Of a stretch of DNA of 64,000 bases, positions 59,486 to 64,000 are shown piece by piece. Origin of the DNA: the human T2T-CHM13v2.0 reference genome, Homo sapiens; the NCBI RefSeq assembly GCF_009914755.1, contig NC_060926.1. One strand, given 5' to 3'. The notes beneath the pieces were generated by a model. It saw only the letters and a program-made list of their open reading frames with translations, did not search any database and was not told the DNA's origin. A program made the position numbers and the translations under genes. Within the stretch, counting starts at the first letter, position 1. Every line of letters begins with the position of its first letter.

Positions 59486-60106
59486 TAGCTCATCAGCACT
59501 GCTAGGTTTGGAAGTTGTTCCCCTTCATAAATTCATGGCTCTGCAGTTCCGCCTCTACTCTAACCAGCTGGTGAACTCCTCAGAGTGCTGCAGATAAACA
59601 CAGGGTCCAGGGAGCTCAGCCCGGCTCCTACTGTTTGCCCCTCCACCCTCTCCAGAGCCACCACTCTCCCCACCTGGGCAATTCTGCCTCCTCACCTCAC
59701 CCTCACCGATTTATCCCTTTGCCCAAATCAGGTATGAGAAATGCCTTCCTGTGCTGAGGAAGGCCTCCAGCCAGGCTTCAATTGCCGTCCAGTAAAAAGA
59801 ACAGAGGCTGCACCCTGAAGGCTTCCTGCAGTGCAGTCACGTTGGGAATGTCTGCCTCGTTCGTGCTGATGGGACGAACCTTTAGATTCCAGTGATGTTT
59901 TGGCCCATTAACTGTGTGCATACTATTTCAGTGCCTTTAAAGTGTGCAAGGCAAAACCTTTGAGACTTTGGAAACTTTAGAATTAAATGTTTAAATATCT
60001 GTAGAGATAATTAAACTTACATGATTCTATGCGTATATATTGAAAATGAGAGTAGAGATTATACTGGGCCAGTGTGGTGGCTCACGCCTGTAATCCCATC
60101 ACTTTA

Positions 60107-60904
<798 letters not shown>

Positions 60905-60954
60905 TTTACACTATATGTTTATAATAAGATTTATATCATTTGTTATAAATATAA

Positions 60955-61324
<370 letters not shown>

Positions 61325-61407
61325 TGACATATGGAAATGTTCCTACCCCACCTGTGATCTTGGCTTTGTGTGTCTATATGGCTTAATAACTCCACCTTAT
61401 ATTGCAG

Positions 61408-61437
61408 GCTTGAAAGGAAAAATGAAATGTTTAAAGA
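61408..61437 (+). CDS. ATP6V1C2: Candidate 30-nt in-frame cassette microexon of ATP6V1C2 ([10 protein letters not shown])
   Basis: CTTAAT branch-like motif, TTATATTGCAG| acceptor, exactly 30 nt, |GTAGGT donor. Open only in the phase-1 frame required by exon 4. Confidence 0.6.
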
Positions 61438-62695
61438 GTAGGTTATGCATTGTTTGCTGTGTCTGTGCTTGGCGTGATGCCCGCATGTCCCGGGAAGGTG
61501 GAATCTCGGTCTGGTTGTATTGGTACAGTGATCAAGTTACCACGATTTCTCAAGTAACAACCTTGTAACTTGGTCACAATATCCATATGACACAGATAAC
61601 CACCATCTCATCCCCTCCCCTCTTTGTCCTGTCATCCCTGCCTCTCCTGGGCAGCACTGCATGCCGCCTGGAAGCTGGGAACGCTTTGACCTTGTGGAGT
61701 TCAAGGTGAACTCCTGTCTCTTTCTGCATGTGGTCTGCTTCTTGTTTTGATCCTGACACGATGTCCCGACTGCCTGCTCTTTGAGCCCGTCTGTTTTATG
61801 GACACTGGAACCTTAAACTCCAGGCTTCACTTTGTGTGGCCTTGATGGGGTTCAGACATACAAGGAGCCTCCAGGGCAGTCCCGGTGCCCAAACAGGTCT
61901 TTCCTTGTGTGAATGTTAGAGGGAGCCATTTGCTTTGGATTTTCCCCAACCCGCTCAAACTGGTAGAATTAAAAATAGCAAATCATTTTAGGTTGCATAA
62001 GAATCTTTAGAGATTGGCAGTTATCAAATGCCTTCCCAAATGCAGTTTGTTTGTCACACTGAGATTTTTTGCTGATGCTAAGAAAAAATTACCTTGTCAA
62101 GTTGACCAAGCGGGTCTGATTTCTCAGAAGGTCACTCCTCGGGCCCGGGACTGCAAGGCTGACTTCAGGTAGAGAACTACTTTTCTACATAAACAACAGA
62201 GGAACTTTAGCTTATATTAAAATAGTGATCAAAGTGCTTATGTTTTACGCAAAATTAATGTAACCTTAAGTTAGATGTTAGTATTATGCAGTATCCATCC
62301 CCAGTCCCGATGGTAGCAGCAGTGGCCTCTCTTCTCAGGAGAAGAAAATTCAGCTTCATTTGTTGAACGGGCTTTATGACCTCTGTGCCTCCCGTGAGTC
62401 GGGTCTCAACTTCCCAAGACTAGAGCTGGTAAAGCACATTCTGAAGCCTGGAGGCTGTAGGGAGGCTGAGGTGGGAGGATTGCCTGGGGCCGGGAGTTCG
62501 AGGCTATAGTGCCCTGTGGTTGTGCCTGTCCATAGCCACCACACGCCAGCCTGGACAACATAGCAAGACCTTGTCTCTTAAAACAAAACAAAACAAAACA
62601 AAACACAGCATGTGCTATAAACCAGGCCAGAGAGACCTTTTTTTTTTTTTCTTTTTCTTTTTGAGACGGAGTCTTGCTCTGTCGCCAGGCTGTAA

Positions 62696-62884
<189 letters not shown>

Positions 62885-64000
62885 TGATCCGCCCGTCTCA
62901 GTCTCCCAAAGTGCTGGGATTACAAGTGTGAGCCACCGCGCCGGCCGAGAGGCCTTTAAACTTAGTTTGACTTGGGCTTTCCTAATATTACCTGAATGAG
63001 GAAATCTTTCTCTTCTGCAGGGCACCCATGAACTAGTGATTGACAGGATGAACCAGAGGCACACATTGTTGCATTTTAATCCTATCTCCTCCGGGGGCAT
63101 TTAGGGCACCACTGCCTGCAGCCGGTCAGACCTGGTCCAAAAGTCACTTCTGGAGTTTCCTTTTCTCAACTGTAGATGGACTGAATGGCTTCAAAGGCTC
63201 TTGGCTTCGTCAGGACCGGTTGTTTCTGCTTGTTCCTTGCCTCCAGCAGAGCTGGGAGCAGGAAGGACACAGACAGCTTTGATTGCAGCCACAGCTGGCA
63301 AACACACCTTGCCCGGCCTGGGCCCTGGAATGCCCACAGAAGACAGAAACCCTCGAGGCTTGTCTGGCTTGCTGGGCGATGGGCCGCAGTCTGGTTGGTC
63401 ACAGTCCCTCATGCTGCTGCCTGCCGGGCAGGCCTCCTTTTTGTTCTCGGACAAGACCATCATTGCTCAAGAGTTGCCAGCCTGTGCACAGCATATTTTG
63501 ATGAGGGGTGAGCCTGCCTGGGTCATGGCCTGACCTCATGAGCCCTCAGCCAAGGTCTGCGTTGCCCCCTCTGAGGCCCAGGCTTTAGTGACTGCACCCC
63601 AGGCAGGGGAGGCAAGGCCTGTGTGTTCCAAGCAGCAGAGGGCAAGCTGTGGTGCTGTGAGTACAGAAGGCCGGAGGGGCTGGGCACGGTGGCTCACGCC
63701 TGTAATCCCAGCACTTTGGGTGTCTCAGCCTCATTCTGACAACAAGAGGTCTCAATCTGTCAACTAGAGACATTTAGTCAAAGGAGACTCCTCTATTGTC
63801 TCACAATATCACTTTGCTCAGAGAGGTCAAGGAGCTTATATCAGGTCGCACAGCCAGTAGAAGTTGGAACTGGCATTTAAATGTGAGCCTTACTGGTTCA
63901 AAAGCCCTAGTTCCTACCACTGCTTTACTGGCTCCCAGATACCTCTCGCCAATTTTTCATTGGCTTGTGGTGAAATCAGAAAAATAAAGACAAGCAGTTT

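Noticed and set aside
62430-62605. 7SL RNA gene
   Set aside because: Lacks the S domain; degenerate FAM monomer with an A-rich tail (same for 8770-8912).
63166-63533. Overlapping ~110 aa ORFs in unique intron-4 DNA as exon 5 or a novel gene
   Set aside because: No match to the expected VDLTSFVTHFEWD continuation or any family I recognise; exon 5 lies beyond the window.

Overview
This is primate (very likely human) genomic DNA, extremely Alu-rich. It contains the 5' part of ATP6V1C2 (V-ATPase V1 subunit C2) on the + strand. The gene elements visible are a CpG-island promoter (~25.0-26.3 kb), non-coding exon 1 (ends 25766), and coding exons at 26859/26885-27013, 30532-30599 and 57992-58077. 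They splice to [17 protein letters not shown]...FK|[22 protein letters not shown](S)|[28 protein letters not shown]; the rest of the gene lies beyond the window. Most of the remaining sequence is Alu, old L1M, L2, MIR and DNA-transposon relics, and almost every ORF in the supplied track is an Alu or GC-rich artefact. Best second-look items: (1) a 30-nt in-frame candidate cassette microexon (61408-61437, [10 protein letters not shown]) with branch-point-like, acceptor, donor and downstream RBFOX motifs; (2) a frameshifted Ty3/Gypsy reverse-transcriptase fossil ~4 kb upstream of the TSS (21581-21984); (3) a U7 snRNA pseudogene fused to an Alu tail in intron 3; (4) an overlapping octamer/forkhead motif in the core promoter; (5) an AluY/Yb mosaic, a triplicated Alu arm and several template-switch-like scars. 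All calls are by eye, family names are from recalled consensus sequences, and repeat boundaries are approximate.
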